A stretch of DNA of 63,330 nucleotides, counting the filler, from Octopus bimaculoides (Eukaryota), in the NCBI RefSeq assembly GCF_001194135.2. It is 5 parts of 4 records of this genome, joined end to end, with 100 filler letters (N's around TTAATTAATTAA, not from the genome) between each part and the next. Parts side by side here need not be neighbours in the genome. Positions count along the whole stretch, not along the records: positions 1 to 30,131 come from NC_068984.1; 4 more parts are not named here. One strand, given 5' to 3'. Positions 10,791 through 22,908 of the stretch are shown one piece after another. Every line of letters begins with the position of its first letter. Position 1 is the stretch's first letter. The notes beneath the pieces were generated by a model, which was not told the origin of the DNA, ran no database searches, and worked only from the letters and a program-made list of their open reading frames with translations. A program made the translations under genes and the position numbers.

Positions 10791-11219
10791 TGTGAAATGA
10801 CGTAACTTGTGGTGGCTCTAAATTCTATAGAAAATCTGTAGAGATAACTTAAACGTGTTGTGTATATCCTTGTGTGGGAAGTATAACCTATCTACATCTC
10901 CATTGATGTTGAAGCTTTCTGTAACACTGGGCAGCTTGCAAGTTTGAACATCTGTCTCATTGAGTTCTTGTTAATGGTCAGTTTAGAAGGCCAAACGTAG
11001 GCGTGTAGATAGGTACTATGCAAAGATATTGTGGGTGATGCTTGTTGCCAGCTGAGAGTTCTGACGATCATACTCTCTTTCCTCTCCTGAGGTATTCATT
11101 CTAATTCTGGGTGTCTGGAATTCCACAATTTTTTAGCCTTTGCATATACCGAACTTTCTGGGATTAGATTGTATATATATTCTTCATATGAATCTTTGTT
11201 AAGAGCGTTAGTTTATTGT

Positions 11220-11660
11220 ATATACAGTAAGTGTAGTCACGAACTGGTCGAAGGAGACTACATTTAGCCATGATGATTTTGTCTATTCACTGATATTTGT
11301 GTTTGTTTGTTTTTCAAAATAGACAATGACCTTTAAAATTTTCGATAAAGTTTTGTTAGAATTAAATTTAAAGTTGTTCAGAACTTGGGTAATCTTTCCT
11401 TTCGGGTTGTTTTTAATTCTACAATTGTATTTAAACGTACATATTGAGCTGTGTTTTTGTTTTCGTGAACTGTTGTGAACCGTTACTTGGCTTATTTCTT
11501 TATATGTGTAACGTCACAGCGCTGTTGTGTGTATATCATTTGTATAGATTTACTGCAAGGTATGTAATATTTAAAGTATTTATATAGAAATATTTGTATG
11601 TAATCTGACAGCACTCTGTACCTCAACTTTTTCAATATTTGGTATGTTGCCTTCATATGA
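11220..11660. repeat. Local duplication copy 2 (partner 9830-10235)
   Basis: See copy 1. Confidence 0.85.
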
Positions 11661-11732
11661 GCAGTAATTACACACGTTCACATATCGGATTGACCATTAG
11701 AGATGGTCAAAAAGTTTCCGTACTAGTTATGT

Positions 11733-12152
11733 TTAATAACTGAAATCTGTTTTAAAGTACATTCTTGCCCATTTTAGACGTTTATCAATATTAGTTGGAG
11801 ATATAGGAAACTGGCGAGGAGATTTTTTCACAGAACCAATGTCGCGAAGGACTCTACACCTTTTGTTTCTCTTTACTCCAACAATCCCAGCCATATTAAA
11901 TACCTTATCACTACTGAGTAGTGGGTTTTTAGCGACGATGCGTTTCTGCTAACGTTTATCTCTCGTGGACAAGTTCTTGAACCCCTTTCCAGACCTTGGT
12001 TTCCTGTTCTTTGTTATATCTTCAGTTGTTTTCTTGATTGTTCGATGATGTGGGTCAAGCTACTTCGAAATGTTCAAAGAGGTCATGCCATTACTTAAAA
12101 GCTTAGTTATTTTCTGCTTTTCAGACGCTGTAATATCTTTCTTTTTACCCAT
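11733..12152 (-). pseudogene. Tc1-like transposase N-terminal (paired-like DNA-binding) remnant
   Basis: MGKKKDITASEKQKITKLLSNG...HRTIKK...KRLKWARMYFKTDF with two in-frame stops; truncated before the catalytic domain. Confidence 0.8.
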
Positions 12153-12620
12153 GACTATATTATGACCTGCAAAATAACAAAAGCGTATTATTAACACTGT
12201 AAAAATATAAATTCCAACATTTGCATAATAACTTCAGACAGCCAATTTCAGTAAATTCTCAATTACTCACGAAAAACAGATCAGATGTGTGTCAGATTAT
12301 AGCCACAATTAAGAAAGAGCATTTGTACCAACATCCTAAAATTTCAGCTTCCTATATACATGTACATTCATTTTATTATAAAAAAAACCGATTTGTATAA
12401 TATCTTCAGACAAGGTGTATATAACTTTGATAATAGGGGGATCCCTGAATGATCGATGTATATCAAAGTGAAGCGCACCACGAATTGGCTACACAGAATA
12501 TTACAAGACAGCCTCTGTCAAGTAATCCTTAATCATAGTACAGGATGTACCGATGAAGGGAAGTTCACTGTTGTTATGTAATCCACAACTCCAGTAGTAG
12601 CCAAAGGTATGCAACGGTGA

Positions 12621-13350
12621 ATGGAACCTTCGGGTTCCATAGTAATACTCACTGATGAAGATTGTTTATCACGGTCCGAAATCAGGTAATATGAGTAAGC
12701 CTGCAAATCCATTTGCGATTTTTAATCGCTATTTGGTAAGTTGGCTTTATATTTACTCATTTCCTCGAATTCACCTGTGTGTATAAGTGATAACTCTTGT
12801 TCTTGAGCCGTTTTGACTCTTATTTCTAGCAATGCTGTGTACTATCTTGTACTCTGATTATAAATTGATAATTTTATCTTTATGGTTATTTTATGCTTGC
12901 TATTCATTTATATTACTTCTTATTAATAATAATATCTTTATTTTAAAAATTATATTCACTTCGATCATTTTGAATTTGCCGCTGCGTTCAAATAGTCAAT
13001 AAACACATGGTGGCGCGAGTACTTTTAACCCTCGGCTGTAATACTCACAGATAAAAACTAAGTGTTTACCACAGAGTCCGATATCAGGTGATATGAATAC
13101 GTCTGCAAATTCATTTGCGATTTGTAATCGGTATTTGGTAAGCTGGCTTTATATTTACTCGTTTCCCCGAATTCACCAGTGTGTATAAGTGATAACTATG
13201 GTTCTTGAGCCGTTTTGACTATTATTTCTAGTAAATGCTGTGTACTACCTTGTACCCTGATTATAAATTAATAATTTTACCTTTATGGTTATTTTATGCT
13301 TGCTAGCCACTTATATTACTATTTTTTATTAGTAATAATTTTCATAATAT
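12621..13350 (+). repeat. 402-bp-period tandem duplication carrying hammerhead-like motifs (Penelope pLTR/retrozyme-like)
   Basis: Equivalent ATGs at 12691 and 13093; ~300 bp alignable; second motif 13042-13099 has a mutated core (CAGATAA, GATA). Confidence 0.7.
12646..12697 (+). ncRNA. Degenerate type I hammerhead ribozyme motif
   Basis: Stem I TACTCA/TGAGTA, core CTGATGA (12652-12658), stem II GATTG/CGGTC, GAAA (12678-12681), short stem III, AUA cleavage triplet; one stem III mismatch and an imperfect stem II closure. Confidence 0.55.
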
Positions 13351-13482
13351 ATATATTTATGCATACATATACATAATTTGATCTCACCGATTTTATCACA
13401 CTGATTTGGTCCAACCTACAACCCTAGAACGGTTATTTTGCATGCATACATACATACATACATACATACATACACACACAGG

Positions 13483-13539
<57 letters not shown>

Positions 13540-15199
13540 TTATATGTATATACATTATGTATACTTGCAAAGGTTTTATCAAGTTGTCGGTAGGACTGAA
13601 ACCTATATGTTTGACGAGGAATATCTCGTGATATTTGATTTGATATATGTCCCTTGCGATAACGATCTGTTGTATTTCGCATCTTATAAGATCGAAAGAA
13701 TATGCACAAGACAAAATAGTGATGGGCTTCATATAAATGACTAAAAATTTGAAAGACGGTGCCTTCAGCAGGGTATCTTCCATTGAATAAATCCAATAAG
13801 AAAAGGAAAAAAAGCAGAAAGGAATAAAAGAATGGACTGTGTTGAAGCTAATGGAACGCGTTTGTCCTGTGATTTACTTTTGTTTCTTGCATTTCTTCCT
13901 GATTGATTCTAAAAGTACTGGTTGTCATTGTGGTTTGAAATTCTTCAGGCAATATGTATTTTTATGTTGCACTTCAATATTAATCTTGTTACGAAGTAAT
14001 TTTGTATCAAAATATGTTATTTTATGCCAAGAACTGTAGATTATATGTCTTCCTACTTGTAGTATAAACTTTGGCAGGCTTTATGTAGGACAGTTTTATA
14101 TAAATATCATTTTCTTTTCCTCATTTAATGATCATTTATGCTATGAGAAAGTCACCATATTCTTATTACATGTTTCAGAAGGAGCTGGCATGTTCTGAAT
14201 ATCGATTTTTAAAAGTGTCTTTCCTGAGTGTTTAATAACTTCCTGAAATACTGTTGGCTGTTAGCACTATAACATAATAATAACTTTCATATTTGTGCGG
14301 TCAGTGGTTCTAAATTGTACAATTGCATTTAGATCTGAGGTGGTCTCTTCTTTTATTACTATGATTTCTTTATTCGAAATGCACCGGAAACTTATATTTA
14401 CGTTGTTATTAAATAATTTGTTCAATTGGGAAATGTCTATTAAATCGAATTAGAAAATTTCACGCAGTTCTTACTTTTACATATTTATTGCATGGCAGAT
14501 AAAACCAAGCTGTAATACTTACCTAGGTAGAAATTTAAGTATTATATTCATTAAGGTACCGTTATATATTTTCTCTAATTTAAAAAAAAACTTATTTTTC
14601 TGATCAGAGATTTTAGATATTTTTATACATATGCTCTCAGTAAAATTTTAAGATGGTTAGTGTGTTTCTTTATTACCTGGCTAGTTTACAATAAAATTGT
14701 GAGTTCTTGATATATATAAACGCTCAAATGTATGAAGTATAATCTTCACGAGTTTGTTGTTATTGAAAAATCAAGGTCGAAGTCCTTGAGAGTTTGAATC
14801 GACCTTTAAAAAAAACAACTTATTTGATTTATAAAACCATACTTTTTGTACTTCATATATAAACCACGAGTCTGTTCAATACTGTTCAATACTGAACCCA
14901 TCTGTTCAATACTAAATCTACTTTCTAACTTATCAATAATATATAATCCCATCAATTGTCACATAACGGCTTAGCTGAAACTATGCAGGTTAATATCGAA
15001 AAGATTTTCGACACTTTTCTTTATTCAGGTGGAATCATCTCGAAAAATAGCGATTTCCTTGTATTTTAAAAGCATCTTCGTTGATGGTGACAAGTCTATA
15101 CAACATTATAATTTTCAGATGAAATATCTTTTAGACAGACGGTTAAAAGCCAACGATGTCAGACAGAGTTAACTAGTATAGTTTTCTTTTTAGACAGTT

Positions 15200-15378
15200 C
15201 TATATTTAAGAGATGAAGAATTATGTACATTATTTATGTTATTTACATTTGACTGATATTTGTCCTCATCTTGTTTGCTGTTAACACAACGTTTCGGCTG
15301 ATATACCCTCCAGCCTCCATCAAGTGTCTTGGGGAAATTTCGAACCTGGGTTCTCATTCCTAAAGTATTTTTTCGATG

Positions 15379-15442
<64 letters not shown>

Positions 15443-15515
15443 CATTATTATTCAGGTCACTGCCTGAAATCGAACTCGGAATTTTGGGGTTAGTAACCCG
15501 CGCTCTTAACCGCTA
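15200..15515 (-). mobile_element. tRNA-headed repeat with (AAT)n and hammerhead-bearing 3' module
   Basis: Minus strand: TAGCGGTTAAGAGCGC (A-box-like), GAGTTCGATTT (B-box-like), (AAT)n, then the tail shared with 16064-16240 and 61420-61595. Head is cut by the gap at 15516; hammerhead core at 15283-15328 is mutated (TTGATGG). Confidence 0.75.
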
Positions 15516-15772
15516 NNNNNNNNNNNNNNNNNNNNNNNNNNNNNNNNNNNNNNNNNNNNNNNNNNNNNNNNNNNNNNNNNNNNNNNNNNNNNNNNNNNNN
15601 NNNNNNNNNNNNNNNNNNNNNNNNNNNNNNNNNNNNNNNNNNNNNNNNNNNNNNNNNNNNNNNNNNNNNNNNNNNNNNNNNNNNNNNNNNNNNNNNNNNN
15701 NNNNNNNNNNNNNNNNNNNNNNNNNNNNNNNNNNNNNNNNNNNNNNNNNNNNNNNNNNNNNNNNNNNNNNNN

Positions 15773-16055
15773 GGTTTGAATAATTCACCTTTGGAAACAT
15801 GGGTGTTTTGCTCAACATCCTTAAACAGACCTTTTGAGCGGGATGAGCTACTCGACCTGAATAAAATTCTAACTGGGCCTCACCTGCGAGGTCATGCGCT
15901 GTTTATCTTGATATGAGATTACCACGTCGCGCACATATGGTTGTGACGCATGTGCCTGGTGTACCCTTATCAGACGGGTAGTCATGATGGGTATAATGGG
16001 CTTCGTATATTTTGCCCCAGTGTCACTTTGATGGCATGCACTGCTCTCTCACTCA
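15773..16055 (+). mobile_element. Repeat family A copy
   Basis: Reverse complement of 6907-7190; ends CTCTCTCACTC-(AAT)n. Confidence 0.8.
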
Positions 16056-16136
16056 ATAATAATAATAATAATGATAACAACAACATCGAAAAATAAATAT
16101 CTTAGGAATGAGAACCCCAGTTCGAAATTTCCCCAA

Positions 16137-16182
16137 GACACCTGATGAAGGCTGGAGGGTATATCAGCCGAAACGTTGTGTT
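16137..16182 (+). ncRNA. Minimal hammerhead ribozyme (Penelope-like-element type)
   Basis: GACAC-CTGATGA-A-GGCTG(GAGGGTATAT)CAGCC-GAAACGTT-GTGTT: stem I GACAC/GTGTT, stem II GGCTG/CAGCC, palindromic ACGT stem III, GUU triplet. Confidence 0.75.
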
Positions 16183-16399
16183 AACAACAAACAAGATGAG
16201 GACAAATATCCGTCAAATGTAAATAATGTAAATAATGTATGTAGTTTTTTTAGTTTTGGTGTTTATGAAACCATAAGTGATGTGTGCTCTTTTGAGTAAA
16301 ATGGGTTTGCAGATTTTCTAATTTCATTACTAAAAACATCCAAGATTTGATTAATTAGGACCTATCTCACTTAAAGTTTCTATGTGTCTGAAATTAGAC

Positions 16400-17030
16400 T
16401 TTGTTAGGATGTTTTTCTTGTGTTTTTTTTTTAAAGTTACATAAGAGCTACACTCAATCTATGTTGAACTCTTCTTTAAAAGGATAGAGGAAGAGACTAA
16501 AAATTATATTCCACATGTACGCCAGATAGTATTGGAGGATTTTTATTTTGTTCATAGTTTGCCTCTGATTTCTTTTTAGCCTTCCCTGTTAATAAATTTT
16601 TCTAAATGTCTATATATATTTTGTTAGCAAAATTATAAACCTTGTAGGTTTTGGTTAATGCATTGATGCTTAAATGTAACTTAAACTAATGTGATAAAAC
16701 TGGCCTTTTCAATTTTTATCCGGAAGGCCAGTTATTTCTCAAATCCTTCTAGTTATTTAGTTTATGCGAGCTATTTTTGCGATTTGACCACAAGTTTATC
16801 GTTTGTGTTCATGTCGATTTTTCATTTTTTTTTCAAAAATGTAATCTTTCCCTCACTTTATAACACTTTCCAACAGATCACATATAATTCATAAAATTTT
16901 TCACCTGTTTATTAATAATTTGCAATACTTTTCGCCTGGTCAGTGATACTTTATAACACTTTCTGTTTAGTCACTAATAATTTATAGAGATCTTATTGGT
17001 AGGTTTTGGTATATTTTAGTAGAACATGTG
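16400..17030 (-). pseudogene. Highly decayed Penelope-like element reverse-transcriptase fragment
   Basis: Ordered broken motifs YKLL (16975-16986), ITFLKKNEK..INL, GQIAK, RRI*EITGL (EITGL at 16724-16738), KASFIT resemble the PLE RT region ITLKDHK..LINP..IG.ISK..IRE.TGL..SFI.FD; many stops. Confidence 0.45.
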
Positions 17031-17094
17031 AGATTTATTGATTCCATTTAAACGCTTTTCGTGTTGAGTGATTAACATCATAAAAGCTGGCTAA

Positions 17095-17220
17095 CAGTAA
17101 TAGTAGCAGAAGCAACAGCAGTAACAGCAGCAACAGCAGCAGCAGTAGTATCATCAACAGAAGTAATTGTTGTAGCAGCAGTAGCAACAGTGGTAGCATC
17201 AGAACCAGTAGTAGTAGTAA

Positions 17221-17273
<53 letters not shown>

Positions 17274-17460
17274 ACATCATCGTTTTCATCAGTAGCAATA
17301 TCGGCAGCAGTAGTAGTAGTAGTACCAGTAGTAGCAGCAGTTGTTGCAACAGTGGTACCAGCAGCATCTGTTGCAGTACTAGGAGAAGTAGTAATAGTAT
17401 TAGTAAAAGTAGTAGTAGAAGAAAGAGGAGGAGTAGAAGGAGGAACAGCAGATCATTGTT
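17095..17460. repeat. Compound (CAG)/(TAG)/(GAG) trinucleotide repeat
   Basis: Direct inspection; source of the poly-Leu/Val ORFs. Confidence 0.9.
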
Positions 17461-17829
17461 GCTGCTTCTTATGAAATTTACGCGCAACACTGGATTTCTT
17501 GTTCACTGCTTCATCTCAGCATCATTCGTTCAACCTCAAAACTTGTTTCGATTGTATTCCTTGCATTTGACTATTAGGTTGGAAAGAAACTACTGTCGCA
17601 TTTCAAGATGGAAAAGAAATAAATACTTCTTTGGTCTCAATTGATATTTAATCAAGATAATATTTTCCCTCATTATTAATAATATAATCCCATCTGTTGG
17701 GTAAATTACGGATCCCATGGGCATCAAATTCTTCAGGTTTCGAAGAAAACAAAACAAACAGAAAACAAAACAAAGAAAAAGACATTCAATATAATTTTTA
17801 ACCTCTTTAAAATTTAACTATTTTCCTTC

Positions 17830-18480
17830 TAAATACTGTTGCAATTAATTCAGGAGAGTAAGGAAGATTAGGCAAAACCTCTATATTCAGTGCAATAAAT
17901 TTTTCTTGAATGACTTGGGCAATATGTGGTCTTGTATTATCGTGTAAGAGCAACACCCTTTTACGATTGACCAATGATATGCATTTTTTCGGGAAAGTTT
18001 TGTGCAATGCTTCAAATTGATGACAACATTTCTCATTGTTTCGTTTTGGTTCAACACTTCATAACTGATGTTACTTTTCATATTCTACCAAACACAGGGC
18101 ATAATTTTTTCTGGTGTATACCTGATTTAGGTTTGAGTTCTCCTTTTCCCTTGAGTACTACCATCGTTGTTTTAGTTCTAAATGATTATAGAAGATCTAC
18201 TTTTGATCACTTGTGATAATTCTATCTAGGAAGGGTTCGGTAGCAATTTTAGTCTTCAATGATGTACCGAGAGGAACTCTGTAACTGATCCATTGAGGAA
18301 GTTTAGGCACTTTTCTTTGATCATGAAGATGGTTTCTGATTAAAGTATGTCTTGAAATGAACTGTTTTTAGAAGCTCATTATTGGTAGACCTTGGCCATC
18401 CACATAAAGAATCTGTGAGAAAGTATTTCTCTAACACAACTGGCCAAGCCATTGTTGACATGTCCGGAGATTTTAAGCTT
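17830..18480 (-). pseudogene. Mariner-family transposase remnant
   Basis: NHLHDQRKVPKLPQWI, EPFLDRIITSDQK*IFY, VLLLHDNTRPH, LPYSPEL motifs in order, with frameshifts. Confidence 0.85.
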
Positions 18481-18631
18481 TATTTCTATAAATAGAACGA
18501 ATATTTATTGTTGCTTCCATTGTCAAAAAGTCCCTTTTTGAATTCATACAACGATTAATTTTAAAAGAGTAAAATCTGTATGAATACTACTGTGTTATAA
18601 AGGAATAAATAGAATATAAAAATTAATTCCA

Positions 18632-18699
<68 letters not shown>

Positions 18700-18703
<4 letters not shown>

Positions 18704-19900
18704 GAACCTTTGGAACAGTGCAGTGACGTTCAGCTAGGGGCCTGGTATAACTCTCGATGCAAATGTTTGGTGTCGACCCCTCCAGGATCTTCCATACGTA
18801 TATCACTGCATTTCTCTCTCTTCTTCGCTCCAGGGAGTAGAGTCACAGCTCTTTCATTCTTTCCCAGTAGCTCAACTGTTCCACTGATGCAATCTTTCTG
18901 ATATAGCATCACTGAGCTGCCTCAAGTTCTACTATTAATTTGACGCTGTAGGTGACCACAGTTGAGAGCAGTAGTGCAAACGGCTGAGTACAAATATCCT
19001 ACATAGAACCAGCATAGTTCTTGGCCCCTTGTTCAGAAATTTCTTAGAATTCATCCGGCTATTTGCTTGTACATTGCTACCATCTTAGTGATATGCACGT
19101 GAAACGAGGCGTTCAGATCATGCACTGTAAATGACTCTAGGATTGCTGCTCCTTTTGGTCCAAAGTGTCTTTGTTGCGGCATGTTAGCACTAGATAACTG
19201 ACAGCAGAGAGTTTGGAATTTACCTGCATTAAACTGCTTTCTGTTTTCATCAGCCCATTCATATATGGCATTTTGGTCTTTCTGTAGAAGATTAGCATCA
19301 AAAGGTTCCTTGACTGAATGTGTCGTTGGCATAGCTAGTAAGTATGGCTATCTGTGTAACTGATGGCATGTCCGAAAGAGCCACTATAAACAGCAGCGAC
19401 CTCAAGACACTTCCCTGGGAATTCTGGTTGCTATTACTGTCTCCTTGGAGAGGGTTCCATTGGCTGCCACAATAGAGTTTCTGTGATTTAAGGAGTCGTG
19501 TAACCACTCTCCAAGTTTTCCGACTAGGTAGAGTCTTCGTATCTTGTGACATACCATTTTATGTTTAACCTTATCAAAGGACTTTGCAAAATTGAGATAT
19601 ATCACATACACGTTTGGGCGATTTGTTAATTCAACACCCAGTCATAATGCTGCAAAAACTGTGTAAGGCAACTTCTTCCCGAGCAGAAACTAAGCTGGTT
19701 ATCAGGGAACAAGTCATTATCTCCAAGGAACATGATCAGCTTCCTCTTGACAATGTGTTCCATATCTTAGCTGACACGTAAGGTTAGAGGGACAGGCTTA
19801 TAATGTTTTGTATCAATGCTGCTACTTTCTTTATGAATAGGACGTAGTGGGCACTGGTCTGACATTTCTAGAGACATCAGTGGAGGCCACCCTAGAGCTT
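18700..19900 (-). pseudogene. CR1/Jockey-group LINE reverse-transcriptase 3' remnant
   Basis: PIHK..HYKPVPLT, GRSCLTQFL, VIYLNFAKSFDKV, QGSVLRSLLF, SYANDT, MIYVWKILEG; ends next to (TA)n. Confidence 0.9.
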
Positions 19901-21137
19901 TTGTTGTTTGTGGTGGTCCTAAATGCTGGTACGTGTTTCTGAGACTCAATGTCTGATGAATCCAGGTCAGCTGCTTTACCATCCTGTGCCATTTCCAAAA
20001 AAACATAAATATCTTTCCACACTCAGTTCTTATCCATTTTTTCGTTTCTAACAGAAAAAATATTTCTTAATAAATCGCATGCTAATCTTATACTAATAGG
20101 TTTTATTGGCATCAGCTGGTGATATTTAGAAAACGAAATTTCACGAAATCCAAAACAAACTTGTCTTCAACATTCTATGTCAGAAAGTTATAAGAAATAA
20201 TGAAGTAGAATGACAATTTTAATTTCTTTCATAGTTTGGCAATACGTCATTTTCATAGAAAACAGAAAGTAATAGTGTAAATGTTTTTACTTTTATAAAC
20301 TTATAATGCTGCAATGGTTGTGGAATTACTACGACTGTAAACTTGATTCAATAGAAGCTATTCTCACGTATCTGATTCTCATAAGAATCAGCAGGAAACA
20401 AAACGAAATAGAATGAAACTAATAACGAAAAAACCCAACAAAATCTGTCATGTTTTACTGATCTAGTACTCAACATACAAATGTACTTCACCATATATTT
20501 GACGCTATCGATGAAAGTCTGTTGACAGAAGTAGCTGATAACTGGACTAAAATGTCTTATAGTATTTAATCTTTCTTATATTTCTGGGTTAACATTGACT
20601 TTCATTCATGTAGAATCGAGGAAACAAATCCATCTTATATGAAAGTATATTAATAGTATATTAATGAAAGTATATTAATAGACTTTGCATTTCAACAAAA
20701 GTGCTTTGATGCCAAAGAAAAAAAGAAGCAATTACATTTGTGAATGCTAACACGAAATGCAAACAAAAATGAAAAAGAGCAAACAAACCAAAAAGTTCTA
20801 CTTCCATGATTTATTTTATAACTCCATGATGTAAATTGACAGTGAATGCCAAGGCCATACATATTCAGCTTTTGACCAGTGGTGAATAAGTGATAAAACA
20901 AATTTATAGGTTTGAAATATCATTTATGGAGATGCACATGATCAATAATAGTCAGTATTTGACTAACAAGCTTACATGGTCTGTACATTGATAAGCTGAT
21001 TGAACTAGAAACAATTGCTTTTTTCTATATTTGTCAAATCACAAGAGACGTCTGGCGAGTTTATAGTTGAAACACCAAAATTTTTCAAGGAAATAACACA
21101 CTGGAATAATTTCCCACTAGTTTTTCTATACCTGTAG

Positions 21138-21231
21138 GACAACTTGAACTTAGCTCTTATTACAAAACTAATTCTTTGTGTGAAGCAACAGAGATTTCAA
21201 CTAAAAGGACTAAGGACTTGAAATACATTTA
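21138..21231 (+). CDS. Candidate internal exon (phase 1-2; QLELSSYYKTNSLCEATEISTKRTKDLKYI)
   Basis: TTTTTCTATACCTGTAG| ... TTA|GTAAGT with an open frame; no homology recognised. Confidence 0.2.
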
Positions 21232-22877
21232 GTAAGTTCTTATTTCAGAATTTATGAGGGAGACAGATTTACTTTCAACACTTCTGCACTCGATAAAATA
21301 CATTCAATTAACTCTCTCCCAAACACAAAAAATATACATCTATATGAGAAATTAATAATACCGTGCACCAATTCTTTACAGTAAGAACTGCAACAGTTCA
21401 TCTGTTTATAGATAGATGACCTCAGCTTGCGAAAATGAAATGCCTCTGCTGAGGCGATATAAAACAGATACCATTACTCTAGTAGCCCGACCAATTTGAG
21501 TTAACTACAATTGTTGGATATACTACTCTTGTATTAACTTCTATCTTGTCTGGCAGTTAAATTGCTATAAAGAAAGTTTTTGGCAACACTACTTAAGCAC
21601 AAAAATTCTAAACTCTTAACGGCTTTTAATATACATTTGCCTTATTGGACTGTTTCAGCTGTGATGAGTAGTAGTTTATTCAATTTAGAGTTAGTGGGCA
21701 TATTTCTATGATATAGATAAATTGCAACCGATTTATCCTTTATTTCTACTGCAAGCACGTTCACTAAAACAACACATTAACACTATTTTTATTCGATGAA
21801 TATACAATCAACTTAACTCTTGTGCAATTATGAACAGATTCTGTCTATGTATTTGTTCTAGTAACAAAGTGCTAAGTAAAAATATGAATTAAAGATAATT
21901 TGTACATTATTTAATGAAGCTCATGAAAATGGATAATTTGTTTGGCTATGAAATCAAGGTTAACTCTTCGTCAGAGATAAAACAGTAGATAAAGCTCTGT
22001 CCTCAGGTTCAAAACTTCAGATGTCTGTTCTCTTCACTGCATACGAACAAACTTCATATAGCTCACGATCACATTACAGACTTAATATTATTTTAAAACT
22101 TGAGAATCAGCTAAGAGGTAGAGAAGACACATTCCATGTGGAGAATACTGCTATTGTTTAGCCCTGATCGAGAGGCTAAACAACTGCCATGATAATCCTG
22201 TATTTTTGTATTTCAAGGACGACATTTTTCAATGTATTCGTTTTGTATTTACGACGGTAGGATGTGATTTAAAGGAAATTTGGTTGCTGTTTCTCGCAAG
22301 TTTCGTAACTGCATAAAAGTACTGATGTTGGTTCGTGTCTAGAGTGGAAAGATAATTGTCAGTTCATCGCACTTTATTGTTCGTCCTTCCAAAGTCTGTT
22401 AGTCAATTCTAGTTAACCGAGAATTTCACTTCATATAAACCTCTCCAGGAATCAATATAACACAGAATTTATTGTTAGCATTGTTGCAGAGGAAAAGACA
22501 AGGAAGAAAATATATTGCTGTATAGCCTATAGATATCTCTCACATTACGGAACCATTGAATTCATGAAAATATTACCGTGTGGAATTTTGTCATGGAGAA
22601 TATATTTTTCCCATTGATTCTAATGTTATGAATTGATATGCGTTTAAAGAAAATTTCCCGGAATAAACAACAAAACAAAAGAATGAGAAATGCAAGCATT
22701 TTTTATGCATAAAATTGTTTAAACACGCAAAGTACAGTATGTATACATAACAATACTTGGAGGAAAGTACATTCGGGAGTAAAAACGAATACAGTAATAT
22801 CATAGTAGGTACATGCTCACCAAAAATGAAACTCGTTGCTGGGGGATAAGAAATATTGCAATGGGATTTCCTAGGGA

Positions 22878-22908
<31 letters not shown>

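Noticed and set aside
11278-11328. TTGTCTATT/AATAGACAA stem enclosing CACTGAT as a hammerhead
   Set aside because: The core is incomplete (no GA, no GAAA-UH geometry) in both duplicate copies.
17035-17490. 151-aa poly-Leu ORF resembling a membrane protein
   Set aside because: It is entirely a trinucleotide repeat.
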